From positions 992,001-1,056,000 of the forward strand of contig CM074806.1 in NCBI GenBank assembly GCA_037447605.1: 64,000 nucleotides of DNA, in the 5' to 3' direction. The stretch comes from Zygnema circumcarinatum SAG 698-1b. Its lineage: Eukaryota > Plantae > Zygnematophyceae. The position numbers were made by a program, and so were the translations under genes. Of this stretch, positions 1-13,900 are shown piece after piece. Below the pieces are notes generated by a model that saw only the letters and a program-made list of their open reading frames with translations, had not been told where the DNA came from and ran no database searches. The stretch's first letter is position 1, and every line of letters begins with the position of its first letter.

Positions 1-2482
1 CCTTGTCTTTGCTCACTTACGATGTGGCACGGTAGACAACCACCAAGCCGAAAAAGCAAAGAAAAATATCAAACCACGACCATGCTGCAAGACCAGCTGT
101 TATTCTGGGAAGTGAAGGAGCTGCATCCCTCCCATTCAGCGTCAAAACATGGTTAGCACTTATCTGTATGTTGAGTCAGTAAAGATGCTTAACTCAAGAC
201 TGAATGCTCAGAGACCAGTTACCATTTCCTATGTTCTATTGTGTCCACTTATTATTCCCTGATTCCACAACATCTCCTCATCGATAGTAATCAACTGAAG
301 CGTATGTAACGGCAGAACTGGTGTGAAGTTGCTTTTACAAATGACAATGCTTTTGTCTCAACCTTGTCCTTTAGCAAATGCTCATCACTGCAAACGTTCT
401 CTTCTTCCTATAGCCCCTGATCTGATTCTATACATCCATCGACTACCATTAGCAGCGTTCAATTCTGATTGCATGGATTGTGGAAGGTAATGAAGAGGAA
501 AGAACTCATACATGAAATGACGCATGTCATGAAGAGAAAAGCGAGCCCCAGGATGATTCCCCAAAGCAGGGGAGCCAGACCCATCCGCGCCACTTTTGCA
601 AATCGTCCTTTTGTGTCCCACCGTGCTTCGTAAACTTTTCGGGCATTTGACTGCAAACCCATCAAAAATCCTCCTAGGTAAGTCGGTTTTTAGCTTAACC
701 AAAATCAAATTACGGATATTGTCCACAAAAGTGGCTTTATACCAGATTTGTGAAACCGAGCGTCAACTCTTTAAGTGTGTTAGGTCTGCGATTAAAAATG
801 CTTATTTTTCTAGACCACGAAGCTCACAAGCAAAAAAGGCAGGAACTTTCCTATTGCCGCTACTCAAAGCTGTACTGATGTTCCCCGCAAGGAGCTCTGC
901 ATAATAAAGCTACTATTCACTTTCGTGTCCTCCCTCTGCTGTGCCTGCCCCGGATTCCTGTCTCGCAGTTTACTTCCCCGACGGCTGACTTAGAAGGCCA
1001 AAACCAGGTAATCCACCAAGAAAAGGTTTTCACGAAGGTCACATACCAAAAACAGTGCCACGTGCCGATGGCCTTTGTCTGAGGCCAACTGTACAGGAGT
1101 GCACCCCGTGGAATCTACGGCTAGCAGGTCCTCTTTAGTTCCAGCCTGAACTAGCAATGTGCACGCCTCCAAATTTCCCCGCAAAGCTGCCCAATGCATA
1201 GGGGTACAGCCTGCCCTGCGGAAGCCACATTGGCAGCGTGTCATCCACCGCTGATCGAAGCAGTCAGCAGACGGGTAACTCAGATCGATTGAAGCGGATA
1301 AGTGCGGAACATCTAATAGAAAAACGTCAATTTGCCCACGTCTACAATGCCACGCCTTAACTTAGACCCCAACCCTGTCGAGAACTGCAAACGCAAACAA
1401 AGATCCACCTTCTTTATCTGGTCTTCCCAAGTAGGCGTCCATGAATAGAAGCAACCGAATAGGGTCCACATAGCCTTTGTAAGCAGCCCTGCCACCAACC
1501 GTCCACCACTGGTGTATCTCAGCTCCATTGGAAAATCCCGGCACGGTACGAATAAAACCTGGTCCCCAATGTAAATTGACCGAAAGCAGCTGCTCACCAA
1601 CTCTTGCTTTAGAAAGGTTGGAAGTTCTCTAGATTTTTTGTGATCTTCCCGGTAATCCCGACGTGTTTGTAAAAGAAGCTCACCAATGGAGGGGGCTGCG
1701 GCCATCCTTATCCGTTGGGTCGACTTCTGCATTCCACTTCGTGCAGATGTGGTACAAAAGGGCTGTCTGGCCATACTGAGCAGCTACATGGCTCGTCTGT
1801 AAACACGGACCAGCCCCAAAACGTTATTTCTGTATCCACGCCACCTAACCATTAATCGCTAGCAGCAGCAAGAAAAAAAAGAAAAGTAAAAACAAGGGAA
1901 AGAAGCCTTACACGATAGCCATGCGAATCTACAGCTTCCAAGATCGCTCCGTTTTGCAACAGGAGCTCTGCAACCTGTATTGCCCCTCGCACAGCTGACC
2001 AATGGAGCGCTGTTTGTCCAGAGTTGTCCTTCACATTCACATCCGCGCCATTCTGTACAACAAAACAAGCAACACAAGAAAAAACTGCCTCGTCGGTTCA
2101 AAAAAAAACAAAAAAAGGAAAAAAAAGCAATTGTTTAGCGAGTGATATGACGCCGCACAGCACGAGCTAAGTGGATAGTAGTTATCACCTGCAAAAGGTA
2201 CTGTGCGACAGCTGCCTTGTTGTTCAACGCACTCCATTGGAGCGCATAAAACCCTCCAGAGTCTGGAGTAGTGACCGAATGATGCTCCACCTCCACAAGC
2301 CGTCTCAGCTTATCCAAATCTCCATACGCCGCCGCAGTGTACACGTCCTCCTTCAATCGAGCAGCATCTTCGACAGAAGCAGCACTTCCCGAACTTGACT
2401 CCTCTCCAGCCTTCTTAGAAGGCTCCTCTGACACAATCTCTATCTCCGCCCGGGCCGCAGCAGCCGATCCTCGCGATGACAT
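1..2482 (-). CDS. TIP1: Ankyrin-repeat protein S-acyltransferase (TIP1/PAT24-like); multi-exon, 3' part including the DHHC domain runs off the left edge
   Basis: ATG at 2482 (MSSRGSAAA...). GT-AG spliced exons give ankyrin repeats [51 protein letters not shown]|[27 protein letters not shown]|[23 protein letters not shown], then TM segments [18 protein letters not shown] and [19 protein letters not shown]. This closely follows plant TIP1/PAT24 as I recall it. Confidence 0.9.
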
Positions 2483-3131
2483 ATCTCTCTACCACTCCCT
2501 CCCTTCTCCCTTCCTCCCAATCCCTCCCCCCTCCCTCTCCCTTGCCCCCTCTCTCCCTCTCCCTATCCCTCTCCCTCTCCCTCTCCTCTTAATATGCCAG
2601 CAGCTAGACACCAGAATATCAATACCAGCCACTGATTGCAATCATAATGAGATGCTACAACTGCCTAAATGATGACAGCAGATGCTTGGAAGCAGTTGCA
2701 GGCCGCCTCCGCTGCGCCTCTTCCTGATGCTGCACCGCGCCTTCAGGCAGGCGCGAGGAGGACGCGACGCGACGCGACTTCGAGCCTTGCGCTCGGCTCA
2801 CATTTCGAATAAGATCGTCGTACCTTTGAGAGCCAAAACGGATTTTTCGTCCAAACAGTTGTTGCAGCACATAGAAGCGTTGAACGGAAGCAATTATAAA
2901 ATAAACTACATTATTGGTCCGCGTTGCTCCTCAAATTTAGGTCTAAAAAATAGTGAGGGCGGGCGTGGGGTCTAAGGGACTAAAGGAGCCGCCGCCGCCG
3001 GGGGCAAGCGCCAGGTTATGGCGGCTGTCTGAAAGGGAGGAGCCGCCTCGTAGTTTGCAGCCCTCTTCTTGTTCTGCTTCTATCTCGTATAACCATTACT
3101 TGCGTGACAAGGGGACAGAGGGGCGGCAGCC

Positions 3132-5136
3132 ATGAGGTCGCCCGCGGGAAGAGGTACCTTTGTTTTTACACCTCTATCTGTTAATCGTTGTGCTTGGAAG
3201 CAGAGAAAGGTGAGCGCGAGAAAGGTGGCAAGTGTGCAGCAGCTTCCTTTGCTTGCTTTAGTCTGGCCATGGTTGTCAAGAATGATATTTGTCTTGAGTT
3301 TGTGAAGTTTGTCAAAATGTGAATTGGAGCTGCACTGTACAATGTTGACAGGTGGCTTCCGTGGCGGTGGCCGAGGGACGCCGCGAGGGGGGAGGGGTGG
3401 AGATAGGGGAGGAAGAGGGGGAGGAGGTTTTCGAGGGCGGGGTGGTGGGGACAGGGGGAGGGGAAGGGGCGGGAGGGGTGGGAGAGGAGGGGCAAGGGGT
3501 GGGAGAGGGGGCTTTAAGGGAGGGGCGAAGGTGCTCGTAGAAGCGCATCGTCACGAGGGCGTTTTCATTGCTCGCGGAAAGGAGGACGCGCTCGTGACAC
3601 GCAACATGGTGCCTGGGGAGAGTGTGTACGGAGAGAAACGGATTAGTGTGGAGGTGAGGATGCAATGTGTTATCTCAAGTATTCACGTGTTTCGAGCTAT
3701 GTCAGAACAGGGTTTTCTATGTTTTTTTGGTTTGGTAATAGCGATTAGGGCTATGGTTGCAGGCAGAAGATGGGACCAAAGTCGAGTACAGAGTGTGGAA
3801 TCCCTTCAGATCGAAGCTGGCTGCGGCCATTTTGGGAGGCGTGGACAATATCTGGATTGTAAGTGCTCCCAAATGGTTTAAGAGATTTGGAGACGTTCTG
3901 TTTTGAACTAAATGCTGCTGTGGCCTACCCGCAAGGCCGAAGCTTTTTGCAGGAAGGCCTAATGCGGTTACCTTGTCCTGTCTACTGCTTGGGGGAAAGA
4001 GATGTATCCATTGAAATGCATTATATGCTTGCCAGCTGTGCTTTTGCTAATACTAACTTGTTATTGTTCCATTTGCATTGTGCAGAAGCCTGGTGCCCAT
4101 GTTCTTTATTTAGGAGCAGCATCTGGCACGACTGTCTCCCATGTCTCCGATGTTGTCGGGCCGGTGTGTGCAACACACTCAAAAGCTCCGTTTTTTCCTT
4201 TCTTTTTGTCAAATGTTGATCAATAAATGTTTTGATCAATTGTTTGACGAGCGTCCATGACGAGTATCTAGCCTCGTTGCGTTGAGCCTCTTGCTTCAGG
4301 GAAAAGTGACCATTTTAACCGTCGGAGTATCTCTACTTCCTCTAACTTTGGGTGATTGTCTGTCTCCTTCGCAGACTGGAATTGTCTACGCTGTTGAATT
4401 TTCACTTCGAAGTGGTCGAGATTTGGTGAATATGGCTAAAAAGAGAACAAATGTTATCCCGATCATTGAAGATGCGCGCCATCCACAACGTTACCGCATG
4501 CTCGTGGGCATGGTTGATACCATCTTTGCTGATGTAGCTCAGCCAGACCAGGTGAGTGGTGGTTTCTCGCAATTTGCTTATAGGTGGGAATCGAAAACCT
4601 GCAGGTTTTGTCATGCGCTACATATTGTTCTTACATGGTGTTAGACTCTCTTACGAGGCAGCCGAGCAGAGGATGAATTTCTGGATTCCCCTTCACGCAA
4701 CTTTGCGTGATAATTCCAGTTCTGATGCTTAGTAGCCATGAACAGCTTCATTTTCAAGGTAGCAGATTTCAAGGCTTTGATTCACAATTTTCTGGAGTAA
4801 GTTGATTATGGATATTGTTTTGAACATGAAAACGCTTATCTACCTGCATTTTGTTGTAACAGTCAGTCCTGGGGCATTGGATGGCAGGCCCGTATAGTTG
4901 CCCTAAATGGGCATTACTTTTTGAAGACCGGAGGGCACTTCGTGATCAGCATAAAGGCGAACTGCATTGACTCCACAGTCCCAGCAGAGGCCGTGTTTGC
5001 ACGGGAAGTGACAAAGTTGCAGGCAGAGCAGTTCAAACCATCGGAACAGTTGACTTTGGAGCCTTACGAAAGGGACCACGCCTGTGTTGTTGGAGGATAC
5101 CGAGTGGCCAAGAAAAAGAAAGAGGCTGCCGCCTAA
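3132..5136 (+). CDS. FIB: Fibrillarin (rRNA 2'-O-methyltransferase of box C/D snoRNP), 6 exons
   Basis: ATG at 3132; a 22-nt first exon (MRSPAGR G) splices to 3352. RGG/GAR domain, then [75 protein letters not shown] and [11 protein letters not shown]...[16 protein letters not shown]. Stop at 5136. Confidence 0.97.
4665..4729 (+). ncRNA. Box C/D snoRNA candidate (U60-like) in fibrillarin intron 5
   Basis: Terminal stem AGCA(4665)/TGCT(4726-4729), C-like box AGGATGA (4670-4676), D box CTGA (4722-4725), internal hairpin TCACGCAA/TTGCGTGA, and GGATTCCCCTT (4683-4693), complementary to the conserved 25S rRNA segment AAGGGGAAUCC. Confidence 0.7.
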
Positions 5137-5954
5137 CTCTCGTTGTCTCTCTCTCTCTCTCTCTCCCTCCCTCCCCCCCCCTTATCCCTCTCTCTCGGAT
5201 ACAAGGGAAAGACAAAAAACATACAAAATAATCTGTCTCTGCTTTTGGAGAGTTGCATAGTGGTAGTTATGGGAAGAGCACCCGTTTGATTAGGTGGGGG
5301 TTACAGTGCCAAGTCGAGAAGAGCTCTTGCCGTTGCTCGGCAGGATTTCTGTGTGTGGGGTCAAAGGCTGAAGCTTCCAGTGTACATTGTAAACCTCCCA
5401 TGAGAGCTCCAAAAAGGACGCTGCTGTATCCCTCTGGCTGTCAAGCAAAGCAAACAACAAAGTCAAAAAGTAAGGAGAGTTCACTATGTGTACAGACTGC
5501 TGTAGCTGGTGTGGTTGTTCCTGTTTTGCGTGTGTTTGGTTCTCAAATGCAGTATGGTCCCTGATGTTGTGCTTTATTTGTGATCGTTTAGTTCAATGAG
5601 AAAGGCTGACCTTCTACGTATCCATGGCCACTGAACCAGGATGTTGAATCTAAATTTCAGTCCTCCGGGAATGTTAAAAGCCATTGCCGTTCATTTGGGA
5701 TGTCACATACATTGGACGACCTTCAAATTACATACGCAAGCTTCAACCTGCCCCAGCCTTCGGCCTTCTTTTACATGACTAGGACAGAAAAAACCGCAAC
5801 AAATGAAAGAGAAAACCGAAAAGCGGCAAAAATAGAGCCTGGAGGCCGCACCGCAGTGGGCTCCACTCTTGATAGAGCCTAGACAGGTTTACCCTCACAC
5901 ACGCAGTGAGAAGGTTGCAGCAAATTCCTCCAAAGAAGAGTATATAAGTTCTGC

Positions 5955-8900
5955 CTACAATCCAACTACTACTTGGCCTTTGCTGAGATGGCCCACACAA
6001 ATGTGTCGACAATGCTTCAACATTGCCAGAGCATCACTCGTTTGACCCCTGCAGAGCTCTACGTAAACTACAGCCAACATGGCGAGGGGGTTTGCAGGAG
6101 CGATGCTGAGTGCTTGTAGGGCACACTGTTGTGCCTGCAGAACTTCCCCTTGCATTGAATACACTGCCGCCAGGTTCACATAGAGTGAAGCACGCGCAGT
6201 GGGCCCACTCAGATGCATCAAGTCCGGCACTCCCTCCGTGCCTCTCCCACCTGCCATTCCTCCCTCTTCTCCATCCCCACTCGCCTCGCTGTGATCTCCA
6301 CTCCTCCATTTCCTCTCCGCTCCCTCCTGCACAGTAAGCGAGGGCAACTCGTTGCTTGTATGCTCCACCATGCATGTGGACAGATGCTCTGCGGCTTCTG
6401 TTGGGCGATCGAGTAAGCAGAGAGCTTCCGCGGAATACATCCGCGCCAAGAAGCAATAAGAAGGTGGACAGTTGGGAAGAGCAAGAAGTGCTTGAGCCGC
6501 AGACAAAGAAGCAAGCGAGTTATCGAGACACAGCTCCGCATATGAGAGGCAGGCTAAAGCCCATGATCTCAACATTTTCCGCTGATGAGATTTCTCTGCC
6601 TCCAATGCTGCGCTGTTGGCAGTTATTGTTGCAGACCCCATCGCCTTTCCCTCCCTCCCTGTTGCAGCAGACTGCTGCCTTTCACTAGAGCCCTCCATGC
6701 TTGTCCCTGTTCCGGACCCTCTGTTTTCAGCATTCGAGCTTCCTCCTGCTTCACTCCCGTTCCCACCCCCCTGCGTTGGGCTCTCCACATCTTTTGTTTC
6801 AGAAGAAGCAGCATTCGCAAATGCTGAAGCTGTGGCCACCGCCGCCGCCGCTGCCTGTTCTTTGTCTAGAAGATGCAAAGCATTTCGTAAACATCTTCGA
6901 CCGTAATCGAGAGAAGGCTTCGGAAACTGCCCTGCTTCTACCACTGCATTAACTTGACTTTTGCCGGAAGCCGCAGGCAGAGATGATGATCCCGAATCTG
7001 ATGATCTCGATGAAAAGGATCCACTTCCTTTGCTTTGTGTGTCCCCTTCAGACCCTTCTCCGCTAATACTGATCCCTCCACCACCTGCCCTAACATGCAA
7101 ACCTCCAGCTGGCAACACCACACGCCGCCACCTGCCCCCTCCCACTACAACAAGAGTCACCTGATCGTCCTTTTTGTGTGGTCTCTGACCTGATGACTCC
7201 TCCAATTGTCCCTTTTCGTATGCAACAACACAACATTCCGCAAGTCGAAGCCACAAAAGGGGTCGATTGTAGTACAAATGACTGCACTTCTGAAAGCACC
7301 GGGCTGCCAAAGGAGCGTTTCCATGCAGCAGTTGCTGCAAACCTGCGTTGTACAGTATGGGAAAGCTGTAGTCCATGGTGAAGGCAGTCACTTTAAGGGG
7401 CGGCGGAGTCTGATTGGCAGCAGAAGCAGCACACTTGAGAGCTTGAGAGAAGTAGAGAGAGGCGAGGTGGGCTTTGCCCAAACGATGATGAACGCAGCCG
7501 AGGTTGGAGAGGACCATAGCTTGGAGATTGTATCGGATCACAGGGTTGCTGCTGTTAATCACCGAGGGGATATTGCCGGTAAGAACTTTGATACATTTAC
7601 GATGGTTTTCACGGCAATATTCCAAATACGCCTTCAGCAAAAAAACAGTTTGAACTCCGTCGTGTGTCACAGAACCGGCAGCTTTCACCTGTACCAAGTC
7701 GAAACAAAGGAGCGTTCAACGTCAGTTATCCCATTTTGACTCTATTCACATTAAGACAAAACATCGAACAGCGGCTCCCTTCCAATAGTCAGCTTCCGTT
7801 GCTTATAAAAGTCGAGTCGATTTACCTCACGCTTCGCGCCTTTCAGGTTCCTTGTCAGCAGCAGCAGCCGAGCTTTATACATGTGTAAGAGCTGCTTCAC
7901 CTCTGCCATAGACCCTGGCAGAGCTTTACTCACTGCTGCCCCTCTCTTACTGCGTGCAGAACCCAAAACCCTCCCCCCCTCCTCCCCCCCCTGCATCTCT
8001 AAGGCAAGGTTCAGGGCCTCCTCATCCAACCCGTCCTCCATGGCTGCCCTTGAAAGCTCGTCCTCTCCAGCTGCGAAAGATGCCACGGACTGTGCCTCTG
8101 AAGAGGGTGCTCCTCCTCCATTGTTACTGGAAGAAGATTTAGGATCTGAAGGGACTCCTGAAGCTGGTGAAGGAGCTGAAGAGGGAGCAGAAGCAGAGGC
8201 TGATGCACTTTCTGGGGAGAGCAGGTATCCAAAGGCCTTCTCCACGTAAGCTAACACAGTCTGGCCAAACATATAAGACTCTAGTGAGTTCAGTTGGGTT
8301 GATGATAGTCAGAACGGATTCATTCTGTGTCTTAAACGTGGGTTAAGAATGGAGTAAGAACTAAGAACTTACAGCAGCTTTCTCCACTTGCCTTGTTGCC
8401 AGTCTTAGGTCCAAGAGAAGCAGGCACACCCAAAATGCTGGCCTCTGAACACAATAGGCAACAACCAACAAGGGACAAATGAGATGTAAGACGAAACGAG
8501 GAACTGATTAAGTCCTCAGTTTGCTAAATGCTATAAAGCTATCCTTGCTGATGTATTAATGAAATACGCTGGGAAGTTACTGACCTCATCGATAGGCTCA
8601 ATGTTGCGAAAAATGGACTCCAACAGCGAAGAGGCTGATCCATACTGCTGTAAATGATAGTAAATTAGTGCCTGAAATACCCAAACCACTTTAACCAATT
8701 AGCGAAAGTTTATACACAAGCAAGCAGCATATCCGAAGAGCTGACTGGATTTGAAAATTGTAAAAACTGATACAGTACATTTGCGAAAGAACAGAATGAT
8801 GCCTTCATCGGTTCTGCCTAACCAGAGAATAGCTGATGCAGGCGGTGGCACATACTGTGTTCACTGCAGCAATAGCGGTGTCGTAATCTTCGGTCCACAT

Positions 8901-9679
8901 AATGGTGGAGCTCACAGCTCCACCTGTGGTTGAACCTGCGATTCCACTTGTTCCAGTTCCACTCACAGTTCCACCTGCTGTAGCCGCCTGCCCAGAGCTG
9001 CTCACTGTCGATTCCGGCCCTTCCGCATTCTCCTCCACTGAACGCTTCAATTCATTTGCCCTTGTCTGAACATCAGCAAAACATGAGTTCAGGATCCGAA
9101 TAGGTGACAAAAAGAGGCAGATCCTCTTTAAGAAACAGAAAAGTCATATTTGACGCTGCATGAATGGGCATACAATGTCCAAAAAAGCAGCGAACATGCA
9201 AAAGGACTAAAGTTGTGGGCATACTACGTTGAAAACCAAGCATACGAATGAATGTTGAATTGGATCCGATCAGGGCTTTTAATACCTTCACTCTAGAAAA
9301 TACACGCAGAAGCTTTTCCGGATCAGAGCATCCTTCTCGGTAGTACTCCACAATAGCCATGTTATGAAGCACCTGTGAAAGGTGCTGTGAAAGCTGGCGT
9401 CAGAAATAGTCATCTAACCCACGAACCGTATAAGTCTGAAAGCAGAACCTCGTCTCATCCACATATGGCCCTTCAAACATGTCACTTCAACAGAAAGGGC
9501 TAGGGCAAGACCTTGGGATCATCCGGTTTTCGCTTCTGAATAGCGCGAAGAAGCACGAGACATTCATCAAACTTGTTTTCCTTAAAAAGTTCCCCCGCTT
9601 CCTTGGCCAGTACAAGCAAGGAAGTTTCATTCATATCAGCGTCGCGCCCTGCCCCGTCCTTCTCAGCAACGGTATCCAT
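5955..9679 (-). CDS. CNOT10: CCR4-NOT complex subunit 10 (TPR-containing), multi-exon
   Basis: ATG at 9679 (MDTVAEKDG...LFKENKFDECLVLLRAIQKRKPDDPK|). Later exons LHNMAIVEYY, ALIYYHLQQYGSASSLLESIFRNIEPIDE, LHMYKARLLLLTRNLKGAKRE and LFLKAYLEY...LSNLGCVHHRLGK...LYNAGLQQLLHG...RPLLWLRLAECC are NOT10 signature segments. Confidence 0.92.
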
Positions 9680-10795
9680 TGTGCTCCAACGGATGGGCAG
9701 GAGGAGAGGAGAAGACGCAGAGTGGGGTCCACTCTACAGGAATTGAGTCTGCACGAAACGGCTTCCTTAAATGTTATTAATTCTTCGGAAATTGAAAAAT
9801 TAGCACGTGCACTCTTGGACAAATTAAATGCGCACTACTTGATATTTCCTGTGGAAGTCTGAAGGACGACCGCAGCTACCAGAGAAACACTGCGAAAATA
9901 TTAAGAGAGCGAGAGAGCTATTGTGAACTAAATGACGAGGAAATCTCCACATTGATCCCGCTTTGCCGAAATGCAAGCAGCTTGCTTGGAAGAGATATTT
10001 CTTAGTCACATGTATGAGAGATAAATTGAGATAAATTGATTAATTGTTCTTGCCTCTTCCTTGCTCTTTATTTCTTACTTTTTTGTTTGCCTTGACTATC
10101 TTCAATCACCCATTTTCCCAACTCTCCCTTCACGCTTCCCAAATCTCTCTTTCCCCACACTCTTCCGTTTTCAGGTTCACCCTTCTCCTCCTCCTCTCGA
10201 TCTCCGCTCGCCCCTTTCCTCCTTCCTCCCCTTTCGCCCTCCCCATGGCTTCCCGCCCCGGTTGCATTTCATTTCTCCCTGAAATTTACACTCCTCCTCC
10301 ACCCTTTCTCCACCCTCCCTGTCCCTCCAATTATTCTCACTATTCTTCTCTCCCACTCGCTCCCCTCCATCCCTCCACTCCCTCCACTAACGAACACTCT
10401 CCCACCACATTTGACCAAATACTCACCAGCAGCAGTGACGAAGAGCTGCGCTCCTCCTCAAGCATCCCCTTCTCTCCCCTCTGTCACCCTCCCATGGAGC
10501 GCCCCAGCAAGCCTCCTGGAGGCGCCACCTGTCACACTGCTCAGCCCTTAGCCACACTCCCGATTCACCTCCTCAGTTCAGCTACTGGACTCGCCATTCA
10601 ACATTTCACCTTTCATAGTGGATCCAATATTCAACAGTTCATTGGATTCCAATTCGCACGAGATCAATGATATCCACTACAGTTCAATCAGAATCCTCGC
10701 GTGGAGAAGTGAGTTCAACCTCAAGGCAGTGCGGATCAAGCCCATTGTTATCAGCGAGTTAGCCCTGGTCCGCCGTTGTGGAGAACAGAAGCTAC

Positions 10796-10805
10796 AAACC
10801 CTAAA
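10796..10805 (+). promoter_or_regulatory. Telo-box (AAACCCTAAA) about 170 bp upstream of the SPB1 ATG
   Basis: Exact match in the sequence. Telo-boxes are established elements of plant ribosome-biogenesis and translation gene promoters; function here is inferred. Confidence 0.55.
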
Positions 10806-10976
10806 CTTGTCAAATTGCGGCTTGCACTCAATAGTCCCCTAACAAAGAGAAATTCTTTCCCTTGGATGCAGCCGCCTTCTGCCTGCTTGCTTCTCTCCGA
10901 GGTTGAATTTTAGCTTGCTTTTGCACTGTAAGGAAGATACGGCGTGGCTCTGGGCTGTCTCCAGTAAGCGAGAACC

Positions 10977-13900
10977 ATGGGGAAGACGAAGACCTCGGGA
11001 AAGGGTCGTCTAGATAAGTTCTATTACCTTGCCAAGGAGCAGGGCTACCGCTCTCGAGCTGCTTTTAAGCTGGTGCAGCTGAACCGCAAGTATCACTTTC
11101 TCGACAGTGCGCATGCTTTGCTGGACCTCTGCGCAGCGCCAGGAGGATGGCTGCAGGTCGAGCCTGGCCTGCCTTTCTTGAGTTTCATTGCTAATGGCGT
11201 TTTAATTGAGTATTGCAGCTTAAGAGGCAGTTCTTTTGCAAAGCAGGGCTTTTTGCGTTAATAAAATTAATCCTCTATAGGTCTCAGCACACAACACAGC
11301 TTGCGTGATGGCGGTTGCACTTTTCCTCTGACGCGCAGCCTTCCCGAGATTGCGTGACAATCAATTATTGCTATTCAGATGGATTCTGACGATAAATGAC
11401 GGTGGAATGGAATGCAGGTTGCTGTGAAGTACATGCCGGTTGCAAGTATTGTCGTAGGTGTGGATCTCGTGCCAATTCGCGCAATTCGAGGAGTTACAAC
11501 GTTTACTGGAGACATTACTACCATGAAATGCCGGTCAGAGATCAAGAAGATTCTCCAGGTAATTATTTTGCAGGAGAGCTCGAAAGCGTCAGATGATCAA
11601 AATGCCTGGCTTTCCTTTTGTATGGCCTGTAGAGGATGAGGAGAGCGTATTCATTTGCGATTTGGTGCTGTATATCCGCCACCACCCTAGCTCCTGAGTG
11701 CCAGAAGGGATCCTAAATGAATCTCTGATCCTAAATGAATCTTTGCCTACAAGTGGGAGCGGCTGAAGTGTTAACCTTAGCCGACAAGTCCACATGCAGG
11801 ACACCTTGCTGGATGTGGTCTTGCACGACGGATCACCAAACATTGGTGGCGCTTGGGCAAAGGAAGCTCTATCACAGGCAGCTCTTTCATTAGATGCCTT
11901 ACGTCTCGCTTGTGACTTCTTGCGGCCGGGAGGATTATTTGTTTCCAAGGTACGTAGCACATCTGATTTCGGAAAGATTAGCTTTAATCTACTTGAATAG
12001 GGTTCAAAGCTTTTTGGAGAGTAGGCCGTTATTAAAAATTTATCATCAATTTAGCTGTTATTTTGTGAGACTTCGACTCACGAAAGCACTCTGAATCTCC
12101 GAACCATTTTCGCTCAGTTTCTTTTCCGGTCCCTGCGTCCTTCTTATCTTTGGCCTTTCATTGTATGCAGGTTTTTCGGTCACAGGATTACAATGCTCTG
12201 CTGTATGCCTTCAAACAGGTCAGTCTTAAGCAATTGCCACATGTCTTCATGCCTGTCAGTCTCGCCGACCGGTGAGCAGATTACTTTGTGTAGGTGTAGC
12301 CAAACAATTATAAAGCTTGTGAAGTTTCTGTTCTCTGGTCGTTAAGTTAATATTGTCAATGTTTAGTTTTCACATTTTGCAAGTAATGTTTATTCTGAAC
12401 GTAAGGATCAGTTGATAAGAATCGCATTTTTGTACCCATCTGCAGCTTTTTCAAAAAGTGGAGGTGACGAAGCCCATGGCTAGTCGTGCCAGCTCTGCAG
12501 AAATATATGTCATTTGCTCGGGATACCTTGCTCCTGCAAAGATTGATCCACGGCTTCTTGACTCACGACATGTCTTTCAGGAAGTCGCTGAGCCTCCAAA
12601 GGTGGGTCATATCATATTATGACCAAGATGGTTTGTTCGAGGTGATAAATGCCACGCTGTATGAAATGGTTGTCATTTTTTCCGATTCATTGGTCATGCA
12701 CTGTAAAATTGCACTGATTGTGAGCTTCACAAGTCTTTTGGAGTGCATGGCGAAGTAGGCAAATGAATTTTCTATAAGATCTCAAGTTAATTTAGTGCTG
12801 CTTAGGCATTGAAGAATAATGCAGCTGCTGAATTCATTTCAAGTCGCAATTCAAAGAAGTTTTTACCTGAAGAGATGGAAAGTATTTGGAGCTAGCAGGA
12901 GTGACAAAATTATACATATGACACACCAAAGAAGGACTCCTCTTGTCAGTGCTGCAATACCTTTGCTGATAAATGTTTATGATTGTGAAGCCTTCTAGGC
13001 GAGTACTTCCGGATGACCCTTTGTTTGGAGGAGACAATTGGGATTCAATTATTGCAAAGTTGTTCCACAAGAACTTTTAAGCAGTGGTTTAACGAAAGTC
13101 AGACCTCAGGTGTATTATGCATATGTGGCTTGAATGTTCGTCTGTGCTTTTCACTCTTGGTTTCACGACACTACTTCCATCATAGGTATGGAAGGGCTTT
13201 TGCGCTCCATTCTTTTGAGCTAGACGATTGATGTTGACCCCGTTGTCATTTCTGACGGCAGATAGCAGATGTGCTTCGAGAAGGAAAAAGAAAACGTCAT
13301 CGTGAAGGGTACGCCCTCCTATCCTTTAGGACATTTCCTGACTTTGCCTTTTTAGCTTTTCAATATGTGGTTCAAATCCTCTCTTTCCATCATCGGTGGG
13401 AAAGGGCTTATGAGATAGAATGGACCTTAATGCTTTCTTCATTTCAGAACCTAGGAATCAAGTCCTACAGTTTGCCATTTTTGAAGTATTATTGGGATGC
13501 TTTGAAAAAGATAAGATATTTCAGAAATCGATGATTTTATAAATTGATTTGGTTTTGAAGAATATCTCTAGATGTTTGCTTGACTATAACACAGCTCAAA
13601 GGTGAGGGCTTTCGAAGTGTAAACGCAGTCAGTTGTCTTGTATTTTTGCATCGAGTTTGCTAGCTGTTGCAACAACAGTGAAGAGTTTCCTTTTTTGTGG
13701 CTCAGAGGAAGTCCTTGCTGAAAGGGACATAAGAGTGATAAGAGCTGTTGGTTACGGACGGGCCGTTGCTTGGAGAACAGATATGATGAAGGAGCCACAT
13801 TGATACACAAGGAAGGGCACGCTTCAGAGTTCATATCAAGTGATAAGCCTGTAGAATTTCTGGGAATTCATCACGCGATAAATTTCGATGGGCCAGAAGA

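Noticed and set aside
3860-4374. Possible additional snoRNAs in fibrillarin introns 3 and 4 (ATGACGA at about 4257; hairpin near 3920-3940)
   Set aside because: No matching CTGA D box or terminal stem, no properly placed H/ACA boxes, and no convincing rRNA complement.
10044-10842. Pro/Ser-rich ORFs and an LRR-like peptide LQTLNLSNCGLHSIVP
   Set aside because: The ORFs come from a C/T-rich low-complexity promoter region. The LRR-like peptide is a single motif overlapping the telo-box and ends in a stop, with no supporting exons.
11633-11697. C/D-like element in a SPB1 intron (AGGATGA...CTGA) with a 9-10 nt match to 18S GGGUGGUGG
   Set aside because: The complementary stretch ends 6 nt before the D box, violating the guide geometry, and the terminal stem is weak. 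Worth one snoscan run but not supportable here.
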